Virus record (IMG/VR): IMGVR_UViG_3300027749_000208
Coordinates: 1 to 41,642 of that record
Strand: one strand, 5' to 3'
DNA from: a virus
Taxonomy: Duplodnaviria > Caudoviricetes
Length of the DNA stretch: 41,642 bases
Positions 9,045-16,755 of the stretch are shown one piece after another. The translations under genes and the position numbers were made by a program. The notes beneath the pieces were generated by a model. The model searched no databases. It worked only from the letters and a program-made list of their open reading frames with translations, and was not told where the DNA came from. Each line of letters opens with the position of its first letter. Position 1 is the first letter of the stretch.

Positions 9045-9779
9045 ATGAGCGCAACCTACGGAATTGAACTAGAGATGAGCGACCTCTCAATCTCCTCAGC
9101 CCAAGCACGTTTAAACGCTATCGGCTTGAACTGGTCATGCAAGCCTGACGGTACCCGCGGGGTTACCGCGGAGGCTGTTAGCCCTATCCTTGCCTACACT
9201 GACCTAAGCGAGGGCAGCAAGGCAGCCCGCGCACTGGCTCAAGCAGGCGCAACAGTCAACAAGCAGACAGGCTTCCATGTGCACTTAGGCGCTGACCACT
9301 ACGGCCTAGAAGGTATCGCCCTCCTTGTGCAGAATTGGAATCTGGCTCATGAGACAATCGGGGCGCTTGTTGCACCCTCCCGTTTAAACAATCACTTCTG
9401 CAATTCTGTACCATTGAGTCAAATTGACTCATGGGTAGAGAATGTACGCGCAGGCAATATCCGCAACATGGGCAACGGAGGGCGCTACTACAGCCTCAAC
9501 CTTAACGCCTATGCAACGCATCGCACGGTGGAGGTTCGCCTACATCATGGCACGCTTAACGGTAGCAAGATTAAGGCATGGGCCGAGTTTTGCGGGGCCA
9601 TGGCTCAATTCTCCGCTGACGGGGGAATCCTAGATAGTCAATTCTCCAACATTGCAGACCGAGAGGGTGCCCGTTTAAACGCGGTACGAAATCTCCTAGA
9701 TATTCTCTCCGAGAATCATCTCGACATTGCAACAGCCTCTTATCTCAAGGGTAGAGCAGCAGACCTAAACGCCCGCTAA
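9045..9779 (+). CDS. Putative amidoligase (COOH-NH2 ligase, Amidoligase_2 family)
   Basis: YGIELE, PDGT, EAVSPIL, TGFHVH, RYYSLN, TVEVRLHHGTLN motifs; ATG 9045 after AAGGA SD. Confidence 0.88.
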   Translation: MSATYGIELEMSDLSISSAQARLNAIGLNWSCKPDGTRGVTAEAVSPILAYTDLSEGSKAARALAQAGATVNKQTGFHVHLGADHYGLEGIALLVQNWNLAHETIGALVAPSRLNNHFCNSVPLSQIDSWVENVRAGNIRNMGNGGRYYSLNLNAYATHRTVEVRLHHGTLNGSKIKAWAEFCGAMAQFSADGGILDSQFSNIADREGARLNAVRNLLDILSENHLDIATASYLKGRAADLNAR

Positions 9780-9786
9780 GCGGGCA

Positions 9787-9832
9787 GCCTGCCCCTAGTG
9801 GGTGAGCGAGGGTGCAATCCCCTCGGCAGGCA
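9787..9832 (+). ncRNA. tRNA-like mini-element (7-bp acceptor stem plus 5-bp T-arm, no anticodon arm)
   Basis: GCCTGCC(9787-93)/GGCAGGC(9825-31) plus discriminator A; GAGGG-TGCAATC-CCCTC T-arm; only 14 nt between the stems. Confidence 0.55.
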
Positions 9833-9899
9833 CTCATGGCGCAAGCCATGAACACGACAAGCACAACGCGAACTCGTGTTTAAACAGTAAGGACTGGAA

Positions 9900-9989
9900 A
9901 TGAATCTTTCAATCATAGACGGGCGCTCATTCTTAATCGTTGCAATCATTGCTGCCGTGTGGATTTGGTACTGGTGCGGTGAAAGATAA
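9900..9989 (+). CDS. Small membrane peptide (29 aa, MNLSIIDGRSFLIVAIIAAVWIWYWCGER)
   Basis: Manual translation; preceded by the AGGACTGG RBS motif; one hydrophobic helix. Confidence 0.55.
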   Translation: MNLSIIDGRSFLIVAIIAAVWIWYWCGER

Positions 9990-10155
9990 CGAATTGTTAT
10001 ACATCGTTGAAGGTGTAGACCCTAGCGGGCGCAAGTTCGCTGGGCTATACAACATCGAAGAAGCCCGCGACCTAGCGAGCGCTAATCGTTTAAACATAGT
10101 GCGTGACAGATACACGCATGCTGTGATACAATCAACTAATCAATCGAAAAGATAG
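9979..10155 (+). CDS. Hypothetical protein (GTG start, ~58 aa)
   Basis: In frame with track ORF 9940..10155; fills the gap in the early operon. Confidence 0.55.
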   Translation: MKDNELLYIVEGVDPSGRKFAGLYNIEEARDLASANRLNIVRDRYTHAVIQSTNQSKR

Positions 10156-10166
10156 GACTGGAAAAT

Positions 10167-10988
10167 ATGTGCGGAATTGCTGGATTTTGTTTAACGCCTG
10201 CCGAATGTGCAACCTCATTAGAGGTTAGCAACATGGCAGCACAGATGCTGCTTGATATTGAACACCGAGGCCAAGATGCCACTGGTGCATCATGGGTTAA
10301 CACTGGCACTAAGAAGCGGGCAATCTTAAAGCACGCTATCCCTGCCTCTCAATTCGTGCCAATCGTAGGCGATTACCTATGCGAGAACGCGCAGACTGCA
10401 ATCTTACACACAAGATACGCAACCAAAGGCAGCCCCAATAACCGCGACAATAATCACCCAATCGCACGGGGCAACATCGTGCTCACACATAACGGACACA
10501 TCAGCAATGACGATGAAGTGTTTAAACGCTTAGGTGTACAGCGCAACGCTCAAGTTGACAGCGAAGCAGCAGCAGCATTGCTTGCCTTCACTAGCAAGTA
10601 TCACCCCGCCGAAGTACTGGGCACTCTTAAGGGTGGCGCAGCCCTTGCATGGATTACATCTACAGATGCAGCAACGCTACATCTAGCACGCCTTGCCTCC
10701 TCTCCCTTGTGGGTAGGACAGACGACACGGGGTAGCCTTGTCTATGGCTCAACCTATGAAGTTATATTCAACGCAGCAATCATGCTCAATGACGACCTAT
10801 CATGGGAGTACGAAGTTGATAACGGAACTTATCTCAAGGTGCGTGACGGGCGCATCATCGAACACGAGACGTTTAAACCAGCACTCTCTGCCGTGTACAG
10901 CGTGGCATCGTGGCAAGATAAAAAGATAGACACGAGTTACAAAGCACGCGCACATCGCACAAGAATACAGGAACTACTGCCCTTCTAA
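10167..10988 (+). CDS. Class II (Ntn) glutamine amidotransferase
   Basis: N-terminal MCGIAG, HRGQDATG, HTRYAT, NNHP, HNGHISN, VDSE. Confidence 0.92.
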   Translation: MCGIAGFCLTPAECATSLEVSNMAAQMLLDIEHRGQDATGASWVNTGTKKRAILKHAIPASQFVPIVGDYLCENAQTAILHTRYATKGSPNNRDNNHPIARGNIVLTHNGHISNDDEVFKRLGVQRNAQVDSEAAAALLAFTSKYHPAEVLGTLKGGAALAWITSTDAATLHLARLASSPLWVGQTTRGSLVYGSTYEVIFNAAIMLNDDLSWEYEVDNGTYLKVRDGRIIEHETFKPALSAVYSVASWQDKKIDTSYKARAHRTRIQELLPF

Positions 10989-11001
10989 TCACTACAACAT
11001 C

Positions 11002-11030
11002 AACCCCTCGCAGAAATGCGGGGGGTTTTT
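11002..11030 (+). terminator. Intrinsic terminator
   Basis: AACCCCTCGCA-GAAA-TGCGGGGGGTT followed by a T-run. Confidence 0.85.
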
Positions 11031-11253
11031 GCTTGCCGCCAGGGGTTCGTTTCATTATGTGTTTAAACACATAGAGTTTATCTTCCCAGGCGGCTGACAT
11101 CTTGATGTTTAAACATGTGCCTGGTATGTTGCAAGCGGCTGCGTTTAAACAGAAAAAATAAATTAAAATCTTTTGAAATGTACTTGACCTGCATGTATCA
11201 GGCATGAGAAGATTCATCTATAGCAACCACGCTATACATAACAAAGGACTGAC

Positions 11254-11406
11254 ATGATTACTAACACAGATTTAATTGCGATAATCATCGCGCTAGTATC
11301 GGCTGGCTTAGTGCTTGCCATTGCACTACGAAAGAACTACTTACTGGAACAAGAGAACGCAAACCTCAAGCGCAGGATTAAGATTCTTAAGAAGGAGAAA
11401 GACTAA
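11254..11406 (+). CDS. Small membrane-anchored coiled-coil protein (50 aa, MITNTDLIAIIIALV...)
   Basis: Manual translation; AAGGACTGA RBS; TAATG coupling to the next gene. Confidence 0.7.
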   Translation: MITNTDLIAIIIALVSAGLVLAIALRKNYLLEQENANLKRRIKILKKEKD

Positions 11407-11591
11407 TGAGTACAGCAGGTAAAGCACAACAGCATGCAGTCAAAACTTTAGTAATGAAATACCGCACCGAGTACGAAGAACTATACCGCGCAGAAGTTAC
11501 GCGCCTTGGTGGAAACGTACGCCCTACAAAAGAACTACGAATTGCAAGACTCAAAGCACAGATAGAACAATTAGAAAGCGAAGGTGTTTAA
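11406..11591 (+). CDS. Hypothetical protein (61 aa)
   Basis: Coupled ORF with AAGGAG SD. Confidence 0.7.
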   Translation: MSTAGKAQQHAVKTLVMKYRTEYEELYRAEVTRLGGNVRPTKELRIARLKAQIEQLESEGV

Positions 11592-11593
11592 AC

Positions 11594-11866
11594 ATGAGTG
11601 TACATGCTGGTATCTACGCCGACAAAACTTACTCAGGCTGGCGCAACTATGAAACATGGAACTGTGCCCTATGGATTAACAACGACTATAAACTATACAT
11701 CTCTGCTTGTGCTTTCATGCAGGGATACAAAGGCAAGACACCTTACAAGACATGGATAAAGATTGCTGACCTAGAAGGCAAGCAAACTATAGACGGCGCA
11801 CGCTGGAGTGGTAAGAAACTATCTTACACTCAACTCAATAACATGATGAAAGAACTAGTGGAATAA
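11594..11866 (+). CDS. Conserved phage hypothetical protein (Y.GW.NYETWN.ALW family)
   Basis: YSGWRNYETWNCALWINND motif common in phage early genes. Confidence 0.7.
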   Translation: MSVHAGIYADKTYSGWRNYETWNCALWINNDYKLYISACAFMQGYKGKTPYKTWIKIADLEGKQTIDGARWSGKKLSYTQLNNMMKELVE

Positions 11867-12240
11867 TGAAACACCCAGAAGTTAAAGGCGTAGTGTTATT
11901 TACAGATGGCACTCACGAGGAACGCACGTTTAAACAACTCAAGGACTACCAAGATGCAGTCGGTGGACTCATTGAAATCGTAAAGTTATACGATGCAGCG
12001 GGCAAAGACTTAGCCACGGCCTATGTAAATGAGGAGGGGATTATGCTCAACCTACCGTTAAACGGATTCGGTGGTGCACTCTCTTTCATGCTGGGAAATA
12101 ACCCAATGCTAATGGGTAACATGATAGTAGTAGGCACCGATGATGGCGAGGGATATGACACAGACATAGACCTAATGCTATTGTCTTTCATTAAGCATGT
12201 GTTACCAACGAGTAAGGAATTAGAAGATGAATCTGTTTAA
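11866..12240 (+). CDS. DUF3846-like protein
   Basis: LKDYQDAVGGLIE...YVNEEG...LPLN...GNMIVVG pattern. Confidence 0.7.
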   Translation: MKHPEVKGVVLFTDGTHEERTFKQLKDYQDAVGGLIEIVKLYDAAGKDLATAYVNEEGIMLNLPLNGFGGALSFMLGNNPMLMGNMIVVGTDDGEGYDTDIDLMLLSFIKHVLPTSKELEDESV

Positions 12241-12670
12241 ACATATACACCCACATGCACGCATTTGGTTTATCACTGTACTAATTCTAATCGGAGTGTT
12301 GTTCGTGAACCCACGAGTGGAATATGTAATTCACCCACCTAAATCTCAGGTGCTTGCTTACTACACAAACGATTACCAACACTTCGCCATTGGCGAACTC
12401 ATCAAGCAGAACAAACTTGAGCAGTACCCATGCCTCTATGAACTATGGCAACGAGAGAGCAACTGGCGACCCGCTGCCGTTAACAAGAGAAGCAAAGCCT
12501 CAGGTATTGCACAACTCATGCCCAACACATGGCAAATACTTAAGGTTAAGCCAACGAAAGATGGGTTTAAACAGGTAACAATCGGATTGAAATATATTGA
12601 CCGACACTACGGGAAAGACGGCGGAATATGCAGAGCATATGCACATCACCTAGCAATGGGGTGGTACTAA
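12227..12670 (+). CDS. Membrane-anchored lytic transglycosylase (SLT-like, actinobacterial type)
   Basis: N-terminal TM helix; LWQRESNW, ASGIAQ, GLKYI..HYG, C-terminal GWY. Confidence 0.85.
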   Translation: MNLFKHIHPHARIWFITVLILIGVLFVNPRVEYVIHPPKSQVLAYYTNDYQHFAIGELIKQNKLEQYPCLYELWQRESNWRPAAVNKRSKASGIAQLMPNTWQILKVKPTKDGFKQVTIGLKYIDRHYGKDGGICRAYAHHLAMGWY

Positions 12671-12858
12671 TGGCACCTACAAACTACAACACATTGAAAG
12701 ATGAGATTGTCTTTCACCTTATTCAAAGCGGATACACATTCTCATCAGAGAACGGCGACCCCGTGGTAATCAGACCAATGAAGGTAGCAGTGCTGCTAGA
12801 TTCAGTGCTTGACTACATGATAGGGGCTGGCTATGCAACCACAACGAAACTCTCCTAG
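12670..12858 (+). CDS. Hypothetical protein (62 aa, MAPTNYNTLK...)
   Basis: TAATG coupling with the SLT gene. Confidence 0.6.
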   Translation: MAPTNYNTLKDEIVFHLIQSGYTFSSENGDPVVIRPMKVAVLLDSVLDYMIGAGYATTTKLS

Positions 12859-13243
12859 CGTAAAGTTTATCCACATGCTCAGCAATATACCGAGAGCATA
12901 CAAGCCACAATTCCACAGAGTTATGAAGTCAAAGGTAATAAATGGCTTGACCTACTACCGTTTAAACTACAATGCTAAAGCCTTCGAAGGTGCAGCATGT
13001 GCTGGTGCCGATACGGAAATGTTCTACCCCGATAGCGTGCAATTCAGCAGAGAAGAAGCCCTGTTCTATGCCACATTATGTAGTGATTGCCCCGTCAAAG
13101 CAGCATGCTTGGAGTGGGCACTAGCCCACGAAAGGCAGGGTGTATGGGCAGGAACCTCACCCGAAACACGAACTGCCCTACGCAAACGCCTTAAGATAGG
13201 ACTCAAAGACCCAAACGATTACACCGACTCAGAGTTGCGGTAG
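12833..13243 (+). CDS. whiB: WhiB-family Fe-S transcription factor (start uncertain, may be downstream)
   Basis: AAC...EMFYP...LCSDCPVKAACLEWAL...GVWAG motif. Confidence 0.9.
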   Translation: MQPQRNSPSVKFIHMLSNIPRAYKPQFHRVMKSKVINGLTYYRLNYNAKAFEGAACAGADTEMFYPDSVQFSREEALFYATLCSDCPVKAACLEWALAHERQGVWAGTSPETRTALRKRLKIGLKDPNDYTDSELR

Positions 13244-13246
13244 TTG

Positions 13247-13255
13247 TGATAGAGT
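13247..13255 (+). promoter_or_regulatory. Extended -10 promoter TGnTAGAGT upstream of the candidate sRNA
   Basis: tg-a-tagagt lies 7-8 nt before the first hairpin. Confidence 0.45.
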
Positions 13256-13261
13256 AAGTGT

Positions 13262-13353
13262 TAGGTACTCAGCCCCACGAAGGGGAAGCGCGGGATTGAG
13301 TGCCCATAAAGAAGCCCCACCACAGGAACCAGTCCTCCTGTAAGTGGGGCTTC
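13262..13353 (+). ncRNA. Candidate two-hairpin small RNA; hairpin 2 may also terminate the converging - strand operon
   Basis: Hairpin 1: GGTACTCA...TGAGTGCC with loop AAGGGGAA. Hairpin 2: GAAGCCCCAC/GTGGGGCTTC plus ACAGGA/TCCTGT with loop ACCAGTCC. Confidence 0.5.
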
Positions 13354-13365
13354 GCTATGTTTAAA

Positions 13366-13908
13366 CTATAATTCCTTAGACTTAGCAAGCATGAATACTT
13401 CATCTGCTAAATCAGATAGTGAACCAGCGTTAAGGATTACATCATCAAAGCGCCAGTTATCCATCGCAGTTTCAGATGCATGTAAGTTAACTGGCTTATG
13501 ATTCTCACGCTGCACACGCCACACTTGCCCGCCCTTATCAACGATAGCCTGTGCCTCATTAGGAAAACGAACATCGTTGAAAACGATTCGCTCATCATTG
13601 GTTATCTGTTTAAACGCAATGTCTACCCAAAAAGATTCACCAAACATTTTTCGCCCAACTTCGGTACCAAATACTTGTAGCAATCTGCGTGCATCGGTAT
13701 CTTTCTTAGCCCACTCCCACCCATATACATCTACTGCTTCATCAAGGTACATCAAGCGAGATGAGTATGCCACTATCGGATTCAATGCTAACAAAGCCTT
13801 ACGCATAGGCTCAGCGAATGAACGGCGTTCGTATTCATAGTTAAGTAGCAATAGTTCTGCAACTGTATCTTTACCCGATTGTGCGTACCCACTCAAACCA
13901 ATTATCAT
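13366..13908 (-). CDS. Deoxynucleoside monophosphate kinase
   Basis: IIGLSGYAQSGKDT, SFAEP, RRLLQVFGTEVGR, DVRFPNE, HASE. Confidence 0.92.
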   Translation of the reverse strand: MIIGLSGYAQSGKDTVAELLLLNYEYERRSFAEPMRKALLALNPIVAYSSRLMYLDEAVDVYGWEWAKKDTDARRLLQVFGTEVGRKMFGESFWVDIAFKQITNDERIVFNDVRFPNEAQAIVDKGGQVWRVQRENHKPVNLHASETAMDNWRFDDVILNAGSLSDLADEVFMLAKSKEL

Positions 13909-13911
13909 TGA

Positions 13912-14034
13912 CTATAACCCCCACCAAATAGCGATTACAACTGGACCAAAGAACAACTCAACACATCTCAAACCATCATAGTAAGCAGCACCAACCATAA
14001 ACATGCGCCAATTAAACTCAAATACAAACTTCAT
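13912..14034 (-). CDS. Small hydrophobic protein (40 aa, MKFVFEFNW...)
   Basis: ATGA overlap with the sigma-like gene; AAGGAG SD. Confidence 0.5.
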   Translation of the reverse strand: MKFVFEFNWRMFMVGAAYYDGLRCVELFFGPVVIAIWWGL

Positions 14035-14705
14035 TCTTGCTCCTTTAATTCTGCCTGCGCTTGTGCGTTGGACTTGCGGTACCTTCTGTTGTTCCATATC
14101 GGTGCATCACCACCGAGTCTATCTTGTAACTTAGTAAGGGCACGACTAACACGCTTGCGTATGGCTTCCTCAGAGGCAGTGTATTCAATGGCTAATGCAT
14201 CGAAGTCAGTACCACCATCATCAAACCTGCGCTGGAGTAGTAACCTATCTGCATCGTTTAAACGCCTCAATGCCTGGGCCACATCAGAGAGCAGAGCAAG
14301 CCTATTGTTTCCTTCACTTGGCTTGGTACTTCTACTAATGAACTCACTATCGGCAGGTGTTGAGGACTGCACCCAATACTCATAGTGCCACACATCTTTG
14401 AGTAACTCTTGTAGTACCTCGTGTGTGTAGTAGAAAGAATCACTTGGACTTGACTTAGATTTATACGCTCGTTCTTTTGCTGCAAACTTTTGACCCTCGT
14501 TGTTAAAGGTACGGCGCAGTTTAAACACGAGGCTGTCTTGCGCTTCCCATTCTTCTATCTTGTGCCAGTGTTCCAATGCCCATACATTCAGGTGTTGATA
14601 CACATCATCAGAGGATACAATGTTGCGATGCACTCGCGCTGTGCGCTGGCTCGCCATCTTTGCTACCTTAAATATCTGGTCTAATAGTTCTTCTTTGTTA
14701 CTCAT
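14031..14705 (-). CDS. Sigma-70-family sigma factor-like protein (region 4 HTH)
   Basis: ALRRLNDADRLLLQRRF...DALA...SEEAIRKRVSRALTKL matches region 4; N-terminal DDVYQ helix is region 2-like. Confidence 0.75.
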   Translation of the reverse strand: MSNKEELLDQIFKVAKMASQRTARVHRNIVSSDDVYQHLNVWALEHWHKIEEWEAQDSLVFKLRRTFNNEGQKFAAKERAYKSKSSPSDSFYYTHEVLQELLKDVWHYEYWVQSSTPADSEFISRSTKPSEGNNRLALLSDVAQALRRLNDADRLLLQRRFDDGGTDFDALAIEYTASEEAIRKRVSRALTKLQDRLGGDAPIWNNRRYRKSNAQAQAELKEQE

Positions 14706-15087
14706 TGATTAACTTCCTCGTTGCTGTTAGTAAATCTTCTACCGTAATGAGGAAGCCCTTGCTTAAGTTTGGTGGTATCTCACATGTTATTTCCCTGCCA
14801 AAGTTCTCAACTGCATACTTAAGTGTTGGTGTTGTCACCATCACGACACTCTTTTCTAATACGAACGCCCAGTAGTCTGCCTCTGTTACGTTTAAACCCG
14901 AAGGTTGCCATGACATAGACTTCCTAAAGAAACACTCAACCTCAATGTAAAGGTTGTTAGTTTTCCACCACTTCCTATCACGCTTGACTTCAATAGTCCT
15001 ACCACCAGTGAGTAAGTCCTCAACAAGTTGCTCACCCTTGCGACCATATCCGAAGTCTAAATCAAATGATGAGCGATTAACCATCAC
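14698..15087 (-). CDS. PD-(D/E)XK-like nuclease-fold protein
   Basis: G.KGE...IEVKRD...NLYIE...SGL..T.ADYWAF pattern. Confidence 0.6.
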   Translation of the reverse strand: MMVNRSSFDLDFGYGRKGEQLVEDLLTGGRTIEVKRDRKWWKTNNLYIEVECFFRKSMSWQPSGLNVTEADYWAFVLEKSVVMVTTPTLKYAVENFGREITCEIPPNLSKGFLITVEDLLTATRKLINE

Positions 15088-15246
15088 CTAGCCCCCATCA
15101 TTAAGCCCAAGCAATTCCCTAAGAGTCTTACTTTTTGGGTCATTGCGGTGCTTGAAAGACCAGAGCCAACTCTGGCACTGGTAATAAAACTCCTTAACAA
15201 AGTGTGCTATTGTCATTCCTATTGCTATTTGTAACCATAGTTCCAT
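15088..15246 (-). CDS. Small hypothetical protein (52 aa, MELWLQIAIG...)
   Basis: Manual translation; AAGGAG SD. Confidence 0.6.
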   Translation of the reverse strand: MELWLQIAIGMTIAHFVKEFYYQCQSWLWSFKHRNDPKSKTLRELLGLNDGG

Positions 15247-15314
15247 TGTGTTCTCCTTAGTTGTAGTCTAGATATAGTGGTCGTGGTATTATGTTAAGTT
15301 GTACTCTTCTCTGT

Positions 15315-15554
15315 TCATCCCAACTCCTTCTCTATGGCTCGGATAGTCCTGCAAGGATAGACAACATAGGTGTTGCAGTATTCATCACAGAATAACCCTG
15401 AAAGGCTATGGCAATCTATGTACTCTGCTGAACAACCACCAGTTTCATCAGGCTTATGCAACTCCACTACTGCACGAAGTGCTGCATTGTCCTGACTCCC
15501 TGCGTACCTACGATTAGTTGAACTTAATTTTTTCAGCAATTCATCGTGTGTCAT
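15315..15554 (-). CDS. MTHDE...AIEKE family small Cys-containing protein, copy 3
   Basis: MTHDELL...LRAVVELHKPDE...IRAIEKELG; ATGA coupling. Confidence 0.7.
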   Translation of the reverse strand: MTHDELLKKLSSTNRRYAGSQDNAALRAVVELHKPDETGGCSAEYIDCHSLSGLFCDEYCNTYVVYPCRTIRAIEKELG

Positions 15555-15757
15555 CGCATCTCCTTTTCTATGGCTTGGATTGTTTCGCAAAGGTATTGAT
15601 TGCATACACCGCAATGGTTGAACTCATCAGGCTTATGCAACTCCACTACTGCGCGAAGGGCAAACCAAGAAGCATTATCTCTACGGCAGGATTCACAATC
15701 ATCTCCACATTTTGTGAAATTGTCGTCTATCTCTGCCAACAATTCATTGTGTGTCAT
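15551..15757 (-). CDS. MTHNE...AIEKE family small Cys-containing protein, copy 2
   Basis: Shares a 29-bp exact repeat (15624-15652 = 15445-15473) with copy 3. Confidence 0.7.
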   Translation of the reverse strand: MTHNELLAEIDDNFTKCGDDCESCRRDNASWFALRAVVELHKPDEFNHCGVCNQYLCETIQAIEKEMR

Positions 15758-15906
15758 TTAAGTTCCTCCTCTATGGCTTTGATTCCCTCTAACACTTTGC
15801 CCCATACTGCGGAGCCATAGTTAGTATTGAAGTATTCAAACATCTCTAAGCCTGCTTGAGTTTTAATATCAGACTTATCCGATTGATATGTTTCATCGTG
15901 TGTCAT
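15754..15906 (-). CDS. MTHDE...AIEEE family small protein, copy 1 (50 aa)
   Basis: Manual translation MTHDETYQSDK...IKAIEEELK; ATGA coupling. Confidence 0.6.
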   Translation of the reverse strand: MTHDETYQSDKSDIKTQAGLEMFEYFNTNYGSAVWGKVLEGIKAIEEELK

Positions 15907-15908
15907 GT

Positions 15909-16526
15909 TTAAACACCTGCTCGCTTGCGTAAACCATCGGCACCTTCGTTGAGGTACACATCATTTACATCAGCACCCTCAGGCATGAACACAGGGAACA
16001 CGTTATCTAGTTCACGACTAAGGTTCTTAGCCATCTCTCTGCCTGCATTATCACCATCACATAGCAGCACAATCTTGCCCCAGTCTGCCAGTACACGAGC
16101 GTAAAAAGGTTTCCAGTTGTTAGCCCCTGGCAACCCGACTGCATTGAAGCCAGCCTGCGTTGCTACTACAGTGTCAAGTTCTCCCTCACATATTACGAGG
16201 ACTTCTGACTCCTCGTATAACGCTTGTACGTTATAGATATGCGTGGTCGCTCCTGGCCTTGACAGATACTTTGGTCCATTATCCATGACGATACTTCTAA
16301 ATCGTAGGTCAATGGGTCCAGCGGGTGTAAGATAAGGGATTGATAACTTCCCAGTGTACGGTTCGTGTCCAATCTCAGGCTCCTTTACGAAGCCGAGGCG
16401 AAACGTACGAGCCGTCTCCGCTGTTATACCGCGACCCATTAGATACGGAAGTATCTCGTCTAGGTTTTGCTCGTAGTTCACCGTTGCTTTCGCCAGTAAT
16501 TCTCTCTGCGATTTGCTTAGCCTCAT
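15909..16526 (-). CDS. DNA primase, TOPRIM part
   Basis: YL..RGI, IPY, KYL, ICEGELD, CDGDNAG, DVND. Confidence 0.9.
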   Translation of the reverse strand: MRLSKSQRELLAKATVNYEQNLDEILPYLMGRGITAETARTFRLGFVKEPEIGHEPYTGKLSIPYLTPAGPIDLRFRSIVMDNGPKYLSRPGATTHIYNVQALYEESEVLVICEGELDTVVATQAGFNAVGLPGANNWKPFYARVLADWGKIVLLCDGDNAGREMAKNLSRELDNVFPVFMPEGADVNDVYLNEGADGLRKRAGV

Positions 16527-16755
16527 TGAATGGCACTCCTTCTTTCTTCATAATGATGGAGTACACATCACCTGCCATGTCGCAGCCGAAGCATCTGAAT
16601 CCACCGTTGTCTATGTTTAAACGGGCTGACTTAACTCTATCACCATGGAAGGCGCATCGCACTGTAATCCACCCGCGTTTTTGTGCGGGCAATTCGAATC
16701 CATAGTGTTCTAATACTTTTCCTATGTCATGTTTAGAGTTTGGCGAGAGCATCAC
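16375..16755 (-). CDS. DNA primase, CHC2 zinc-finger part
   Basis: CAFHGD...SA...FRCFGC...GD...EG..F.EA. Confidence 0.88.
   Translation of the reverse strand: MMLSPNSKHDIGKVLEHYGFELPAQKRGWITVRCAFHGDRVKSARLNIDNGGFRCFGCDMAGDVYSIIMKKEGVPFNEAKQIAERITGESNGELRAKPRRDTSVSNGSRYNSGDGSYVSPRLRKGA

Noticed and set aside
9787-9836. Canonical tRNA gene
   Set aside because: No anticodon arm or full D arm and no encoded CCA; kept only as a tRNA-like element.
8088-13366. GTTTAAAC array as CRISPR repeats or engineered PmeI sites
   Set aside because: The unit is only 8 bp, spacing is hundreds of bp, and copies sit in-frame in intact genes and natural stop/start junctions; no vector sequence is present.
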